DNA of 27,047 nt from an uncultured Candidatus Bathyarchaeia archaeon (GTDB taxonomy: Archaea > Thermoproteota > Bathyarchaeia > Bathyarchaeales > Bathycorpusculaceae): contig CAYVGZ010000008.1 in NCBI GenBank assembly GCA_964450845.1, positions 1 to 27,047 on the forward strand. Reading direction: 5' to 3'. Numbering within the stretch: the stretch's first letter is position 1; each line of letters begins with the position of its first letter. A model generated the notes under the pieces. That model searched no databases. It was not told the origin of the DNA and saw nothing but the letters and a program-made list of their open reading frames with translations. A program made the translations under genes and the position numbers. Shown here one piece after another: positions 25,577 through 27,047 of the stretch.

Positions 25577-25636
25577 CGAACTGTATTTGTGTCGAACTGT
25601 TTATTTAAGCGTTTTGTTCTACAGATGAACAGTTCC
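25577..25636. promoter_or_regulatory. Promoter of the peptide gene with repeated CGAACTGT boxes
   Basis: CGAACTGT at 25577-25584 and 25593-25600 (16-nt period), TATA at 25601-25608, and an inverted 7/8 copy ACAGTTCC at 25629-25636. Confidence 0.55.
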
Positions 25637-25685
25637 AGAATCTGACCAATAATATTAATTCTCAATTCTTAAGCTTAATCTAGAG

Positions 25686-26939
25686 GTGTCAAAGAAGTAC
25701 ATACCTAAAGTGGAGAGCATGTTCTCTAGAATCTCACGCTTCCATGGTCTTAGATTAGAGTATTTGATCGCCTTCGTTCTTCTGTTTAACGCTTTCTCTT
25801 GGTATTTCTTTTGTAACTTGACGATAAATAATATTAGGGAAATTTATAGTGAAGGAAGTTTCGAAAGTCTGAGCCTACAATTAGCATATCCATCTTCCAT
25901 CATAATCTCCGCTATTCTAGCCTCGTTATCACTTATTTATGTTCGTAAAAAGCACTTTTTCATTTCTTGGATAATTGTAGGCATCGGGTCTTCTATCTCC
26001 TCAGCATTTCTTCCAGAGTCTTCTCTCGTGGTGAAACTTGCCATCACTGTTTTTATGGGAAGTTCACTCGGCATCGGCATGCCCATGTGTCTAAACTATT
26101 TCATGGAACTCACACCAATAGAAAAGAGAGGAAAGATAGGTGGAATAACATTTCTCGCCATCATAACGAGCGCAGTATTCTTTATTGCGACTGTGCCCAT
26201 GTTAGATCCAACAACAAACGCCATAGTTCTTGCGACATGGAGAGGATGGAGCCTCGTTGTCCTTTATTTTATTCGTGAACACAAGGGGACACTTAAAGAC
26301 AATGGTGAAAGGAAAAAAGCCTATTGCGAATTTCCTTGGAATCGAACATTTTTTCTATACTTTACGACGTGGTTTATGTTTACTTTAGTAAGTGGGTTTG
26401 GGGCAAACATTGTTGCTTTCTATGGTGGCGACTATCGTATGCAACTCAAACTAATTGAACCGGCTATTAGTGGTTTTTCAGCGCTGATAACCGGTGCATT
26501 CAGCGATTGGATTGGACGAAAGAGAGTGATAACGTTTGGCTTTGTCTCTTTAGGATTAGCGTATGCGGTATTAGGATTGACTCCTGAAATGTGGTTTTCA
26601 TGGTTTTTCTTTTACATAATGGACGGTATAGCGCTAGGGCTTCTTTGGGTGATGTTTATCGTTGTATTATGGGGCGAAATATCACGCCACGGAATTGAAA
26701 AGTCATATGCGATAGGTGCAGCCCCTTATTTTCTAACTGGAATAGTTTCTTCGCTCTTAGCTCCATTTACATCCTTTATTCCAAGAACAAGCGCCTTTTC
26801 GTTAGCGGCTTTGTTTTTGTTCGTGGCAGTAATTCCCTTGATGTACGTGCCTGAGACTTTGCCTGAAAAAAAGATCAAAGAAAGAGAGCTCAAAATGTAT
26901 ATTGGTGAAGCGAAGAAGATTAAAGAAAAATACGCTTAA
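25686..26939 (+). CDS. MFS transporter
   Basis: About 12 hydrophobic helices, TP.EKRGK.GG in the N-half and motif A GAFSDWIGRKR in the C-half. Alternative start ATG 25719. Confidence 0.85.
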   Translation: MSKKYIPKVESMFSRISRFHGLRLEYLIAFVLLFNAFSWYFFCNLTINNIREIYSEGSFESLSLQLAYPSSIIISAILASLSLIYVRKKHFFISWIIVGIGSSISSAFLPESSLVVKLAITVFMGSSLGIGMPMCLNYFMELTPIEKRGKIGGITFLAIITSAVFFIATVPMLDPTTNAIVLATWRGWSLVVLYFIREHKGTLKDNGERKKAYCEFPWNRTFFLYFTTWFMFTLVSGFGANIVAFYGGDYRMQLKLIEPAISGFSALITGAFSDWIGRKRVITFGFVSLGLAYAVLGLTPEMWFSWFFFYIMDGIALGLLWVMFIVVLWGEISRHGIEKSYAIGAAPYFLTGIVSSLLAPFTSFIPRTSAFSLAALFLFVAVIPLMYVPETLPEKKIKERELKMYIGEAKKIKEKYA

Positions 26940-26956
26940 GAATAAGGATGTCTCTA

Positions 26957-26963
26957 TTTTTTT
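26957..26963 (+). terminator. Oligo-T (T7) putative archaeal terminator
   Basis: T7 tract 18 nt after the MFS stop codon. Confidence 0.4.
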
Positions 26964-27047
26964 GGAAAAGTATGTTCTTTCACATCATACTAACAGGCGA
27001 GTGCAATTTAGAATGCAAATATTGTTTCGGCGAAGCACTAGAGGACA

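Noticed and set aside
21541-25680. Identical 10-mer AAGCTTAATC at 21541 and 25671
   Set aside because: Many 10-mer matches are expected by chance in 27 kb, and the flanks do not extend the match.
537-26278. About 40 ORF-track entries overlapping longer genes (e.g. 1322-1684, 2216-2599, 5208-5567, 15752-16507, 21782-22327, 25019-25360)
   Set aside because: They are antisense or off-frame shadows of well-supported genes, with no recognisable motifs or translation signals.
1-27047. tRNA, rRNA or other structured RNA genes
   Set aside because: No intergenic gap shows a cloverleaf, a GTTCRA T-loop in a proper stem, or rRNA-like sequence; a covariance-model search would be needed to exclude small ncRNAs.

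Overview
Dense archaeal chromosomal window. Gene families and promoter/RBS style suggest Bathyarchaeia, which is an inference. I found about 29 protein-coding segments and no rRNA, tRNA, CRISPR array or transposase. The left and central parts hold a membrane-tethered wHTH regulator with membrane proteins, an M24-fold hydrolase, a GNAT, TrmI, a DapA-family aldolase fused to formaldehyde-activating enzyme (Fae), oligoendopeptidase F, an uncharacterised 441-aa protein, MDH, an RNase J-like nuclease, a pseudo-nucleotidyltransferase/kinase fusion, an ADP-forming acyl-CoA ligase alpha subunit, an ABC-2 exporter, an amidohydrolase and a NUDIX enzyme. From about 21 kb the window looks mosaic, with short GTTGGTTG/CAACCAAC repeats, a chimeric mini-ORF and abrupt codon-usage switches. 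There are two main candidates for undescribed systems. (1) At 23.4-26.9 kb, two divergent PadR regulators, a prenyltransferase-fold enzyme with a degenerate second Asp-rich motif, an unannotated 20-aa peptide gene with its own promoter ending in ...SWYDWAT, and an MFS transporter resemble a ComQ/ComX-like Trp-prenylated peptide system. (2) The DapA-Fae fusion has an aldolase domain that has lost the DHDPS substrate-binding residues, suggesting formaldehyde-linked pyruvate aldol chemistry coupled to H4MPT. Both are hypotheses from motif reading; no database search was run.
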